A stretch of DNA of 62,953 nucleotides, filler included, from Octopus bimaculoides (Eukaryota), in the NCBI RefSeq assembly GCF_001194135.2. It is 6 parts of 6 records of this genome, joined end to end, with 100 filler letters (N's around TTAATTAATTAA, not from the genome) between each part and the next. Parts side by side here need not be neighbours in the genome. Positions count along the whole stretch, not along the records: positions 20,032 to 36,060 come from NC_068999.1; 5 more parts are not named here. One strand, given 5' to 3'. A program made the translations under genes and the position numbers. A model generated the notes under the pieces. It searched no databases. It was not told the DNA's origin and saw only the letters and a program-made list of their open reading frames with translations. Of the stretch, positions 24,269 through 36,160 are shown in pieces; the stretch's first letter is position 1, and each line of letters opens with the position of its first letter.

Positions 24269-25010
24269 ACGTGCTAGCTCACTTCCCCTGTTTACAGCAG
24301 TACTTGGAAGAAAGGTGTGGTCATCGCGGTGACCACGACAGAGAAAGTTGAGCAGAGAATTTGCATCAGACTTTGCCAAAAGCTTGGTGATACCTGCGCA
24401 AAGGCCTACGCAAAGTCTTCAAAGAGTTTTCAGCGTTCTCAATACAATCAACTGAAACCCAAGTGTCTTCTTGGTCAGCTGAAAGCAGTTTTGCTACAAA
24501 CTTGGTAGACACGCGTTTCATACCTAAATCTTCAGTAATAAAGGGCTGAACTGAACCGTAACTAACCTGCTCATGATAGCTCTGACAGCTCACAGATGGT
24601 GATTCGACGATTTCCCCTCAGAGCTGCAAGCACATCTGAGATGTTTTCGTGAGTTCTGCTGGTTGAGGGTCTCCCAGAATGTTCGTCAATATCAACCTTT
24701 TTTTCGGCCATCATAGAAAGCCCAAAACCACTCGTACACTGGTGTGCGGATCATACATTCCTCTCCATACACATTTCCTCAACTTTCTGTAGGCCTCTGG
24801 TATCACCATGACAATCTCTCTGCCATGGTCAATGCGACGATCACATGCTACACGCCTTCCTTCCAAGCACTGCTCTAAAGAGCGGAAAGTGAGCTAGAGC
24901 GTCAAAACTTGGTGTTCGTATACAGCAGAGTTCAAGATCAATCTGTACCAAACGGCTTCACTCTGCATGCTTTAGCTTCGTTACTATAGAAACAGTCCGG
25001 ATACTTATTG

Positions 25011-25013
<3 letters not shown>
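24269..25013. mobile_element. Mariner-derived fold-back: two 5' ends of one mariner family facing inward
   Basis: Plus strand gives TEKVEQRICIRLCQKLGDT. Minus strand gives VYEWF..DEHSGRPST and LGMKRVSTKFVAKLL. 24269-24315 is an imperfect inverted repeat of 24855-24902. Embedded in (TA)n. Confidence 0.8.
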
Positions 25014-25054
<41 letters not shown>

Positions 25055-25429
25055 NNNNNNNNNNNNNNNNNNNNNNNNNNNNNNNNNNNNNNNNNNNNNN
25101 NNNNNNNNNNNNNNNNNNNNNNNNNNNNATACATCTGTCGATTTATCAGAAGCGATAAAATTACAGGACTTAATACATGTAGAGTATTGTTTTGATACAT
25201 TATAACTGAATGGCTCCGATTTCAAACTTTCAGAGTTCCTCATTTTCGATCATCAGCTGGTAAACCGGGCCTGGTTTTCTTTTGAATATTCTCTATTTGA
25301 ATATTTTTTTTTAAATATGTAATGGAAGTTTGAAGAAAGCGCTTATGTTCTTTCGTTAAATACCTTTGTGAACGACACATTGAAAAACGGCTGCTTCAGA
25401 CTCACATTTCTGATTTCTTTCCTGGTTCT

Positions 25430-25790
25430 CGTGAACAATGATAGTTTCAGACCATACTATAAACCAAATGAAAAGCTAGTATATATACATAGAAAATCGA
25501 ATCACCCACTTGTATCTTTAGGAATTTGGTGAACAATATTAATAAATGGGTATCCCTATTCTCTTCTGATGAGGATGCTTTTATGAATGCAGCTGGATAT
25601 TATAATCAGGTGCTTAGAGATAGTGGTTTCTCTGACGTAAAAAAGACACTGAGAATATACAGCATAAGAAAAGGAACATATATAAGACATCTATTGACAA
25701 TGCATTTACAGCAAGAAATCGTCATGACTCATTTAAGACGAAATAGAATTACTTGGAGAAACATTAGTAGATAGCATTACAATTTTATAT
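25430..25790 (+). mobile_element. Penelope-like element RT thumb/linker fragment
   Basis: FRPYYKPNEKLVYIHRKSNHP, frameshift, NLVNNINKWVSLFSSDEDAFMNAAGYYNQVLRDSGF, then RRNRITW. Confidence 0.8.
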
Positions 25791-26002
25791 AGAATTCCTC
25801 AAAATGACTATGGATGTACAGAGTCATCTGATGCAAAAGAATAATGAAATCTATCAGAACCTAACTATTGTATAGTTTTTCAATGTGATGTTGTCGATTT
25901 ATCAGTTTTAACAGTACTGCCATCATCTTTTACGTCTTACTGTAAAGCGCACACACAACACACTGCTATTACTATCATATTATTCTGATGATAGATCCTA
26001 AT

Positions 26003-26390
26003 GGTGGAGGCGCAATGGCCCAGTGGTTAGGGCAGCGAAATCGCGGTCATAGGATCGCGGTTTCGATTCCCAGACCGGGCGTTATGAGTGTTTATTGAGC
26101 ACCTAAAGCTCCACGAGGCTCCGGCAGCAGATGGTGGCGAACCCTGCCGTACTCTTTCACCACAACTTTCTCTCACTCTTACTTCCTGTTTCTGTTGTGC
26201 CTGTAATTCAAAGGGTCAGCCTTGTCACACTGTGTCACGCTGAATATCCCAGAGAACTACGTTAAGGGTACACGTGTTTGTGGAGTGCTCAGCCACTTGC
26301 ACGTTAATTTCACGAGCAGGCTGTTCCGTTGATCGATTCAACTGGAACCCTCGACGTCATAAACGACGGAGTGCCAACAACAACAACAAA
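26003..26390 (+). mobile_element. SINE family D (own head, family-B tail, (CAA)n end)
   Basis: GGCGCAATGGCCCAGTGGTTAGGGCAGCG head, GTTTCGATTCCC B box, and 3' half essentially the same as the family B tail. Confidence 0.92.
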
Positions 26391-26502
26391 CCCTAACGTC
26401 ACTGAAACCTTAATGGATCTGCAAACGGCATCGTTTCAGCAAACTTTGGCAGACTAACAGTGATACATGAAAATAATTTACAAAAAAAAAGTAATAAAAT
26501 AA

Positions 26503-26865
26503 GCATGGCTGTGTGGTAAGAAGCTTCTTCTCAACCACATAGTTCCAAGTTCAGTCCGACGGCATGGCACCTCGGGTGAGATTCTTCTACTATAACGCCA
26601 AGCCGACCAAAGCTTTGTGAATGGATCTGATTAAACGAAATCGTATATATATTTATATAGCTCTGTGTGCGTGTGTGTGTGTGTGTCTTTTTAATTGTTT
26701 GTCCCCACCCATACCACAACTTCACAACCGCTGCTGGCCATTCGGCAAGAATGATCGACAGAATAAGTACCAGGCTTTTAAAGAGTACTGCGTTCGATTT
26801 CTTCGAACCTTCCAAGGCGGAGCTCCAGCATGGCTGCAGTTCAGTGATTGAAATAAATAAACGAC
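26503..26865 (+). mobile_element. SINE family A
   Basis: Full head, microsatellite and tail arrangement. Confidence 0.85.
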
Positions 26866-26885
26866 AAACGGTATGTATGTGTGCA

Positions 26886-26921
<36 letters not shown>

Positions 26922-26962
26922 TATGTATGTATGTATGTGTGTATGTATGTATGTATGTATAT

Positions 26963-27240
26963 GAGGACGCGTGACCTAGTGGTTAGGGTGTTACACTCAC
27001 GATCACGAGCTCGTGAGTTCGATTCCCGGACTGCATGGTGCGTAGCGTTCTTGGGTAAAACACTTCATTCTACGTTGCTCAGCGATCACTTTGACACCTG
27101 ATGTGTGGCACACCGTGCACTTGTACAAGTAGTGTCGATTTAACAGAGGGAGTGGGCTCATGTGTAGCATGAACATTTGATCACTGCAAACAAATCATCC
27201 GTACAGGTTTCTTCAGCAAGAAATTGCAGAACCGATTTTG
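26963..27240 (+). mobile_element. SINE with family-B head and a third alternative tail
   Basis: GGACGCGTGACCTAGTGGTTAGGG head and GAGTTCGATTCCC B box, followed by a distinct tail. Confidence 0.75.
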
Positions 27241-27270
27241 TCGGACTCAAAAAAACTACCACCATATATA

Positions 27271-28487
27271 CACAGACAAGACAGAAGTAAATAAAGATAC
27301 CGTAAAACATCGTTTTATGTTTATTTTAACTTGAAAATGTTTATACTTTTTATTAATTGACATATTTTATATTTCAGGTTCTATATGTGACTGTTTAATC
27401 ATGCCACGTATGAAAGAAGCCATATTGTGAGTCAGTCTGAAGGTGGACTTAGCGTAAAATCGCAGAAAACCCTGAGATCCCACATTCTACAGTTAATAGA
27501 GTGATTGTGAAATTCACCAGAGAGAGGAAGGAGTCCACATCAACTCGCCCAAGTCAACTAGGGCCTTCTGACAGGAGCCTTCGCTTTGTTAAGAGACGCG
27601 AAGAGAATAATCCTCGTTGCAAGGCCTCTGATATAGCAGAACAAATTATTTTAGTCCCAAAACAGCTGTCAGAGTCCTCCACAAACTTGGCTACAATGGC
27701 AGAGCAGCAAGAAGGAAGCCACTTCTTTGATCAGCCAATATCAAGCGGAGAAAAGATTGGGCCAGTGAGATGGTGGAGGGGCCACTAGCATTTTAGGACA
27801 CTGTCATATTCTCAGATGAGTCCAGATTTGCTGTATTTCTTGACAGTGGTCGTGTGTGGGTCTGGGGGCTCTGTGATCAAGAATTTGACATGAAAAGATT
27901 ACAGCCAACAATGAAAGACAGTGGCTATTCTGTGATGAGCTGGGCAGCAATTTAGAGCAATGGTTGATAAGAGCTGGTGGAGTGTGAGGGAAACATAAAC
28001 TCAGATAAACATATAGCCATATTGCAGAAAGGACTCCTTCTAATCTTCTCCAGTAGTGAAATGATTAAAGAAGACTCTTTATCTATAGAAGAGGGGGGCT
28101 CCTTCTCAAACAGCTAAAAAAACCAAGATTGGTTGGGAGATAATGGCATTAAAAAGCTTTCATGGCCAAGCTAGTCACCAGATATGAACCCTATTGAAGA
28201 CCTCTGAGGCATAATAGACAAGACATTTTGTAAAAAGAACAAGAAAGCACCCTCAAAGCCAGATCTTTTGAGATTACTACATGAAACTAGGCAAGAAATT
28301 CCTCAAGAGAATATTCATCTGATCAGTAGCATGACTAATAGGGTCCTTGCATTCAAAAATGCAAAGGGCATGTCTACTGAATATCAAATATTCACATTAT
28401 GATAATAAATAACTTGAATATATAATTTCAGATTAAAATAAATTTTAACGATTACAAGGATGTCTATTTACTTCTGTCATGTCTGTG
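27271..28487 (+). mobile_element. Tc1-family (DD34E) DNA transposon, both ends intact, transposase disrupted
   Basis: TIR CACAGACAAGACAGAAGTAAATA versus the reverse complement of the right end, CACAGACATGACAGAAGTAAATA. TA on both sides. Motifs TVIFSDESRF, QPTMK..SVMSW and WPS*SPDMNPIE. Confidence 0.95.
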
Positions 28488-28572
28488 TACATACATACAT
28501 ACATGCATACATNNNNNNNNNNNNNNNNNNNNNNNNNNNNNNNNNNNNNNNNNNNNNNNNNNNNNNNNNNNN

Positions 28573-28619
<47 letters not shown>

Positions 28620-29220
28620 ATAGAGAGAGAGAGGGGGAGGAGGAGGAGAGAGAGATTTAATAATAAATAAATTACTGAAAATGCAAAAGAGCTTTCAAAA
28701 TAATGCAGAATTTAAGCTACGTCCTCATGTCTTTAAGTTACGAAACAATTTGGCAAGTTATTTGAATTTTCTTATTGTTAAATAAAATTTCATCAACTTA
28801 TTTCTCGGTCAATTATGACTTTATACACTCCTTATCGCTTTCACTTGCATCGTACTAAGCTTTTTTATGAGTACCATCAAATTACTTCAATCCATTTAGT
28901 GTTACTTGAATATACATACATACATACATACATACATAAATATTATGTGTGTATGAATTTATATGTGTTGATAAACATATGATTGCGTGTTTAAGTATAT
29001 ATTTATATATANNNNNNNNNNNNNNNNNNNNNNNNNNNNNNNNNNNNNNNNNNNNNNNNNNNNNNNNNNNNNNNNNNNNNNNNNNNNNNNNNNNNNNNNN
29101 NNNNNNNNNNNNNNNNNNNNNNNNNNNNNNNNNNNNNNNNNNNNNNNNNNNNNNNNNNNATATTATCCATATCACGTCCTCACTTTGTTGTTTTTTTGTT
29201 TTTTTGTTATTGTTTTTTTG

Positions 29221-29257
<37 letters not shown>

Positions 29258-29384
29258 AATATGATGTGTGCATGCATTTATATATGTCTGTGTGTGTGTG
29301 CACGTGTGCGCGTACATGTATATATGTGTATGTGTGTGTGCGTGTGTGAGTGCGTGTGTGCTGAATATTTAAGTTGTTCGTTTG

Positions 29385-29652
29385 AGTGTGTGTGTGTGAG
29401 AGAGAGAGAGCAAGAGAGAGAGAGAACAAGAGAGAGAGCAAGAGGGTGAGAGCAAGAGAGAGAGAGAGCTAGAGAGAGAGATAGCAAGAGAGAGAGAGAG
29501 AGAGCAAGAGAGAGAGAGCAAGAGAAAGAGAAAGAGAGAGAACAAGAGAGAGAGAGAGAGAGCAAGAGAGAGAGCAAGAGAGAGAGCAAGAGAGAGAGAG
29601 CAAGAGAGAGAGAGGGCAAGAGAGAGAGAGAGAGAGCAAGAGAGAGAGAGAG
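29385..29652. repeat. (GA)n / GAGAGAGCAA compound low-complexity array
   Basis: Read directly from the sequence. Confidence 0.95.
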
Positions 29653-29681
29653 TTCCTGTGAGCGTGTTTGTGTATTAACAG

Positions 29682-29747
29682 AGAAATGACATCAGCAGAA
29701 ATTAATGAACCACGACAACAACACTTGTTTGGACTTTTGTCATCAAA
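29682..29747 (+). CDS. Candidate 66-nt symmetric (phase 2-2) exon, unknown product
   Basis: GTATTAACAG acceptor and CAAA|GTAAGT donor. Only one frame is open: EMTSAEINEPRQQHLFGLLSS. Confidence 0.4.
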
Positions 29748-30315
29748 GTAAGTTCAAATATTTTTAAGTGATTCTATAGAGATTTGTATTCAAATAATCA
29801 CCACCCGACTACTAACAGCTTTTTAGAACAGAGCAGATAGTGGATGATACTTAACCAGAATAATACTAACATTTACAGCTCTGTTTGACTATCAAATGCG
29901 GCGGGCTATATAATTTATATACACTAGAATGACAACACAAAAATATTTGTTTCAGATCTGTAATGGTTTATAGCAGAATGTAAAGTTAGTTAGTGATGGA
30001 TATTGATTACTCTTTGAAGCCGTTGTCTTATTTTGTTATTGTTGTTGTTTTTGTTTTGCGTTTTTTTTTTTATTCCTCTATTATAATTCGATTCATTTCT
30101 AAGATATATCATAGGAATATTAAAATGACCATAGTGCTTGATATGTATTTTATTTTATCAACTTCTCCGTCACTCGGAGAATTGGAAGGCAAAGTTAACC
30201 ACAAGAGAGATTGAAGCTCAGAACGTAAAGAACTGCTTTTAAATACTGCGAAACACTACGATAGCTTTAGCGATGCTTCCGACTGTTTTTGCTGTGCTAT
30301 ACTAGGTCGTTATCC

Positions 30316-30627
30316 GTTGCTATGGTACCGGTAAAAGTATTTCTTACCTTCATAAATTGCTCAAATAATGTTTAGATTGACTTTCTCAGTGAAGATTAAT
30401 AACATTTTGAAAACTGTTGAACAATAGCATTTATTTAAAATACATTTTTTACATATTCTACAGAATGAGTGAATTCATTGAACAGTATCTCGCCTTATAT
30501 GCTCTGGCCGGCCGTGCGTAACGATAAAACGGATGTTATTACTAAAATTATTTATGCGCCTCGTACGGTAAGGCCAGTTAAGAATAAAGTGTTAAATAGT
30601 GAAAGTCTCGTTAGTTACTATGGTGAC
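30316..30627. promoter_or_regulatory. Promoter-like patch with RFX X-box-like motifs and a minus-strand TATA/Inr plus ATGAAG|GTAAGA
   Basis: GTTGCTATGGTACC at 30316-30329 and GTTACTATGGTGAC at 30614-30627. Minus strand has TATAAG at 30499, Inr-like TCACTC/TCATTC at about 30470, and a donor after 30348. Confidence 0.35.
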
Positions 30628-30723
30628 AATTCTACCGATTTGTCTGTCTTTCACATACACGCATTCTCTCACTGTATTTCTCTCTCAACAACAACCTTTT
30701 TCCTTCTTGAAACAAATTTTAGT

Positions 30724-30756
<33 letters not shown>

Positions 30757-30914
30757 CAACGACCACCTGTCATTATAGTGAATATAGCTTTTTTGAAGTC
30801 TGTGTTGTGTTTATACGTTAAAGACATACACATACACACGCAGAAATACACACACATACTAACAACCAAAGAAATAACTATATGTAGTATAGATATACAT
30901 ATATACATATAACT

Positions 30915-31490
30915 CGTGGCACTCCGTCGGTTGCGACGACGAGGATTCCAATGGATCCAATCAACGGAGTAGTCTGCTCGTGAAATTAACGTGCAAGTGG
31001 CTGAGCACTCCACAGACACGTGTAACCTTAATATAGTTCTCGAGAAGACACAGAGGGTGACAAGGCTGACCCTTTGAAATACAGGTACAACAGAAACAGA
31101 AAGAAAGAGTGAGAGAAAGTTGTGGTGAAAGGCGGGGAGCTGTCAGAAACGTTAGCACGCCAGGCGAAATTCCGCCGAGGTCGACTTTGCCTTTCATCCT
31201 TTCGGGGTCGATAAATTAAGTACCAGTTACGCACTGGGGTCGATGTAATCGACTTAATCCCTTTGTCTGTTCTTGTTTGCCCCCTCTATGTTTAGCCCCT
31301 TATGGGCAATAAAGAAATAAAGTTGTGGTGAAAGAGTGCAGCAGGGTTCGCCACCACCCCCTGCCGACGCCTCGTGGAGCTTTAAGCGTTTTCGCTCAAT
31401 AAACACTCACAACGCTCGGTCTGGGAATCGAAACCGTGTTTCTACGACCGCGAGTCTGCTGCCCTAACTACTAGGCCATTGCACCTCCAC
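30915..31490 (-). mobile_element. SINE family D interrupted by a family C SINE (31131-31318, +)
   Basis: 15-bp TSD AAAGTTGTGGTGAAA at 31116-31130 and 31319-31333 duplicates part of the D body. Confidence 0.93.
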
Positions 31491-33695
31491 ACATATGTAT
31501 TATGTATATACATATAATTCCCGCACTGTTAATCAAAACTTGTTAGTTACTATAGTGACAACACGCTACCTATTTATCTTTCACTCTCTCTCTCTCTCTC
31601 TCTTTCGCACTGTATTTTTCTCTCAACAACAACAACGACAACGCGGAGGAGGGGAGGAGGAGGGGAGGAGGAGGAGGTGAAGGAAAAGAAAAAGAAGAGG
31701 AAGACGTGGTAGAACGAGTGAAGAAGTAGAAGAAAGGTGGGAGGAGGAGAAGAAAGAGAAAGCGAAAACGAATAGTTTGAAAGAAAAAGGGTGATATGAA
31801 TACTAACGAGTGATCCAACAATCTCCAGTATCTAATTACAATGGACCTGTGGATAGCAAGTTTAGTGTAGAACTATGAATATCTAGTGATAAAATAAAGA
31901 AAATAGCAAAGAGAAAAGGCAGGATGATAGTAAAAACAATAACAGCGACCGCAATAATGAAAAGAAAATGATAACAATACTACTACTACAATTACTGTTA
32001 ATAGTAGTAATAAAGATAACGATATTAATATTAAAAATGAGAATAGAAATAGCTATAATATAAAAGATGATAATAATGTTTCTAGCGAAAGCCTCTGCCG
32101 AAGAAACGTTAATGATGATGATGAGTAAAGAAAGGCATTGTTGTGCGATGGACATATGCAATAAACCACATGAGTAGCGTCTGAAAGGTTATAATGCAGC
32201 TAACCAGAACTATTTTTGATGACCCTAGAATCCGAAGCATAAAAGAGAAATAGTTAATAGGGGTGGGTGATGGAAGAGACTAAAGTGCAATAATAAATAG
32301 TCAAGTTGAAATCTAATGGTTTTAATTTCTTAGAAATTAACCCGTCTACGGATGGTGTCAGCTAACAAACGCTTCCTCTAGGTTTGGTTATCAATTGTCA
32401 GTGTGTTGCATGACTATCCTGTCGCTGAGACATCGAAGCAACCTCGTATTTGTTTAAAAGACTGCTTTTTTTTACTAACGCCTGTATAATTGTATAATAC
32501 AGAATGCTGTGAGTGACTTTTACCTGAGAATGTACCTTAATGTAAAAACATAAGTGATTGGTAGCTATTTTACCGTTTTCTTAATTTTCGAACTGTTAAG
32601 GAAACACTGCATGTACAAAACGCAAATGTAACAAAGACGAAGACACCGACGTAGGCAGATACCGTACTCATACAAATACACGCGTATGTTTGTGTACGCA
32701 TACGATGGAGTTCACCCAGACCTCGTCTTCCAAATTCTACTCACAGCCTGCTGGTCAACCAATACCTATAGCAGATATATGTGCCAAAGATTCCGCTCGA
32801 TCGATTGAAGCATTGACCCACGCTCGAAGCAATCATCATAATCACACGGTCATACCTACATCACTCGTTGACTGACGTTCTTTGTAACCTCACGCATACT
32901 TACACGCACAACCTTGCGCGTACTAACACGCACGCACAAACACACACACATACGCACACGCACACATACACACATAGAAACGCACACATACACACACGCA
33001 CACGTACGCACACATGACTATCTATCTCTTTATCTTAATGTTCATTTCGACTGGGTAGATGAAGGATTTCATCTCTTCCTTTTTTTTCTACAGTTCTTTT
33101 CTTTCTGGGCTTTTATTTATATATATTTTTTTTTCAGTTATCGTCGTTTGTTTGTTTTTTTTCCCTCTTTTATTTTCTTCTCGTTTCTTCTCCTTCTACT
33201 TCATAGTGGTTGGAAATCGTCGTCGTCGTCAACATCTTTTTCTATCGGAAGTCAAGTTTCTAGGTCGTCTGGTTTTACAACCAAATCAATGTTATGATAT
33301 AAGTAGTAACTTCTAGCCGTCAGCCAAGCAAATAAATATGGCGGACACTACGAACATCGACAATATAAGTACCATTATCTTCACATGACTACTAACTCTC
33401 ATATAAAACAGCTGCAGTAGGTTCTAATACTAATACTACAATCATCATCATCATCGCCGTTACATACTGACATTGATGTAGTTTGTATTGCAGTACACAT
33501 ACTACCATCGCCACTACAACAACAGTGACATTGAGGATATAAGTACCGCTGTAGTTCGTGCTGTAGTACAAAGATTACCACCAGTGCGAATAGAGACGAC
33601 CGTAACATTCATTCTATTGTAGTCTATTATAGTACACTTAGTACCATCATCATTATTGTCACTACCACTACGTATACTGGGGATATAAATACTAA

Positions 33696-34035
33696 TGAAG
33701 GCACGTGGCTTAGTGGTTAGGGTATTCGGCTCACGATCATAAGGACGTAAGTTCAATTCCCGGTGACACAAAACACTTTATTTCACATTGTTTCAGTTGT
33801 AAAGCATTCTATTACGCGTTGCTCCAGTCCACTCAGCTGGCGAAAATGAGTAGTACCTGTATTTCAAAGGGCCACCCTTGTCACACTCTGAGTCACGCTG
33901 AATCTCCCTTACAACTACGTTAAGGACACACGTGTCTGTAGAGTGCTCAGCCACTTGCACGTTAATATCACGAGCAGGCTTTTCTGCTGATTGGATCAAC
34001 TGGAACCCTCGTCGTCGTAACCGACGGAGTGCCAA
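33696..34035 (+). mobile_element. SINE family B, well preserved
   Basis: TGGCTTAGTGG A box, GTTCAATTCC B box, GTCCACTCAGCTG..AAATGAGTA, and shared tail. Confidence 0.92.
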
Positions 34036-34319
34036 ATACAAAGGTTATCTGGTCTGTAGTACATATACTACCAATACTTTTACCCACATTGACAATATGA
34101 ATACTGCTGAAATTTGTCGCGGTTATATATGTATTCACGCATTGAGTATATCTACTACTCTTGTCTATATACTATACCCACTACCAGAATTCATACTATT
34201 TGCAATCATATGATAACAACTATTACTTAACAGTAGTACTAGCATCATTACTAACAAGATCATCTGAGCTACCATTCATAAGGTTATACTACTACAACTA
34301 CTACTACTACTACTACTAC

Positions 34320-34385
<66 letters not shown>

Positions 34386-34544
34386 CAGTAGTAGTAGTAA
34401 CTGTAATAATGGTTTCAAATTTTGGCACAACCATGATGGATTTATCTACTGCAATAACATTCCTAGACTTTTATCCAAATCGGATCACAAATATGGAGGC
34501 TTTTATTTTACAGATCCACCATTATTACATAATGGAAACTGCTT

Positions 34545-35625
34545 TACATATGAAAATGTCTAAGTTGTCTTGCAGTAACTTTGTTATCATGAGTACTAGT
34601 GGTATATTTGCGTTTACCTAAAGATGAATTTTTTGCTTCAGCAGTAAAGGGCATCCAAAATACCCTTGTTTCATGAGCTTATGGGACAGTAGAGTAAAGA
34701 AACATCATTGGAAGAAAGTTACATGGTCTGCAAGGACCATGTAACAGCCAACATCATTAGGAACAGTCAACATCATTAATGAACCATTAGTTCAAAGAGA
34801 AAACATTCTCTGCTCACTTCCATTTCAAACTTGGACTGATGAAACAATTTGTTAACGCTTCGGACAAAAATGATGGTAATTGCATCACGTACATTTGCAG
34901 ACTCTTCCTGGACTTGAGTAGCGAAAAACTAAAAAAGAAGAATATTTACTGGTCCTCATATTCGTAAATTCACCAAAGATTCTAGAAGTTTCCTTAAATA
35001 TATGAATGATGTTGAAGTTTTTACTCGGTATATTTATATCTCAGTTATTGAAAACTTTTTGGGTCACCAGAAAGCAGACTCTTATGACGAATTGATGGAA
35101 AGAGTGCTCAGTGAGTTTAAAAATATAGGTGCTAATATGAGCATAAAAGTACACTTTCTCCATAACCACTTCCACATACTGCCGGAGAATTTTGGAAATT
35201 TTAGTGGGGAACAAGGAGAGAGGTCTCACTAGACTATAAAATTAACGGAGGAAAGATATGAAGACACATAGGACAGACAAATGATGGTAGACTACTGATG
35301 GAAACGTCAGTGTGAATGTCCTGCTAAACAACAGGAAAAAAATCGTACAAACAGTATTTTTTGAAGGATTGGTTGGTATATTTTAGTATTCCTAATTAAC
35401 CAATACTGCATTGTCTTTTACACTATTATTGCATAAAATGCGTTCAAATATTTTGTACCTCTTTTTCCATCGCTATTACTATTACAGTGTGGTAGTATTT
35501 GGTGGCGGTGTGCATTTTGTATTAGAGTTCTGACGCTTTATAATAAAAATAAAAGTATTTCTAATTTTGACATTTAATATGAAATGTACAAGATGACCGT
35601 AATACCTAAAAACCAATTCAGCAAC
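34545..35625 (+). mobile_element. DNA transposon transposase C-terminal half, probably CMC/Chapaev3-like, decayed
   Basis: KYPCFMSLWDSR..HW, NEPLV, KLGLMKQFV, GPHIRK, NFLG.QKA, GANMSIKVHFLH, and SGEQGERSH*..MMVDY*W. The superfamily assignment is from recalled motifs. Confidence 0.75.
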
Positions 35626-35981
35626 TACAGTATGTCATGATAATGATAGAGGCAAAGAAAACTAAACGTGGTGATTTCTCACATATGTCAAAACCTAGAG
35701 GCACACTAGAAATACTAAGACTGAAGGCAGATTCAGCACACCAAACTTTGCCTAAAATCATTCCAGCTACTTTGGTAAAGAAAATAGTGTTGACTAGTCT
35801 TATCATTTTATAAGGCGACAGTAAACAATGAACATATGCCAAGTCGTATTTGTCCGGAAAACACACTCTGATAGATAGCTCCTCATTGAGTTGACTAATA
35901 GCTTTAGGATCTTTGTTAATTAAACTGCTTGCAAGTGAGAATTTATTTTCATTACATTGCTGAGTTCAACAAATGATATAT

Positions 35982-36060
<79 letters not shown>

Positions 36061-36160
36061 NNNNNNNNNNNNNNNNNNNNNNNNNNNNNNNNNNNNNNNN
36101 NNNNTTAATTAATTAANNNNNNNNNNNNNNNNNNNNNNNNNNNNNNNNNNNNNNNNNNNN

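Noticed and set aside
23299-24379. Long ORFs spanning N runs or microsatellites (also 39351-40030, 46225-47087, 61160-62084)
   Set aside because: Their length comes from Ns and simple repeats.
25225-25262. CTGATGA-TC-GAAA on the minus strand
   Set aside because: No stem II and no correctly placed NUH site, so not called a hammerhead.
26003-26075. tRNA-like sequences with A and B boxes (many loci)
   Set aside because: These are SINE heads continuing into SINE bodies, without a complete cloverleaf.
25984-26430. CTGATGA...GAAA reconstructed across the SINE D insertion
   Set aside because: Stems II and III and the cleavage triplet do not fit.
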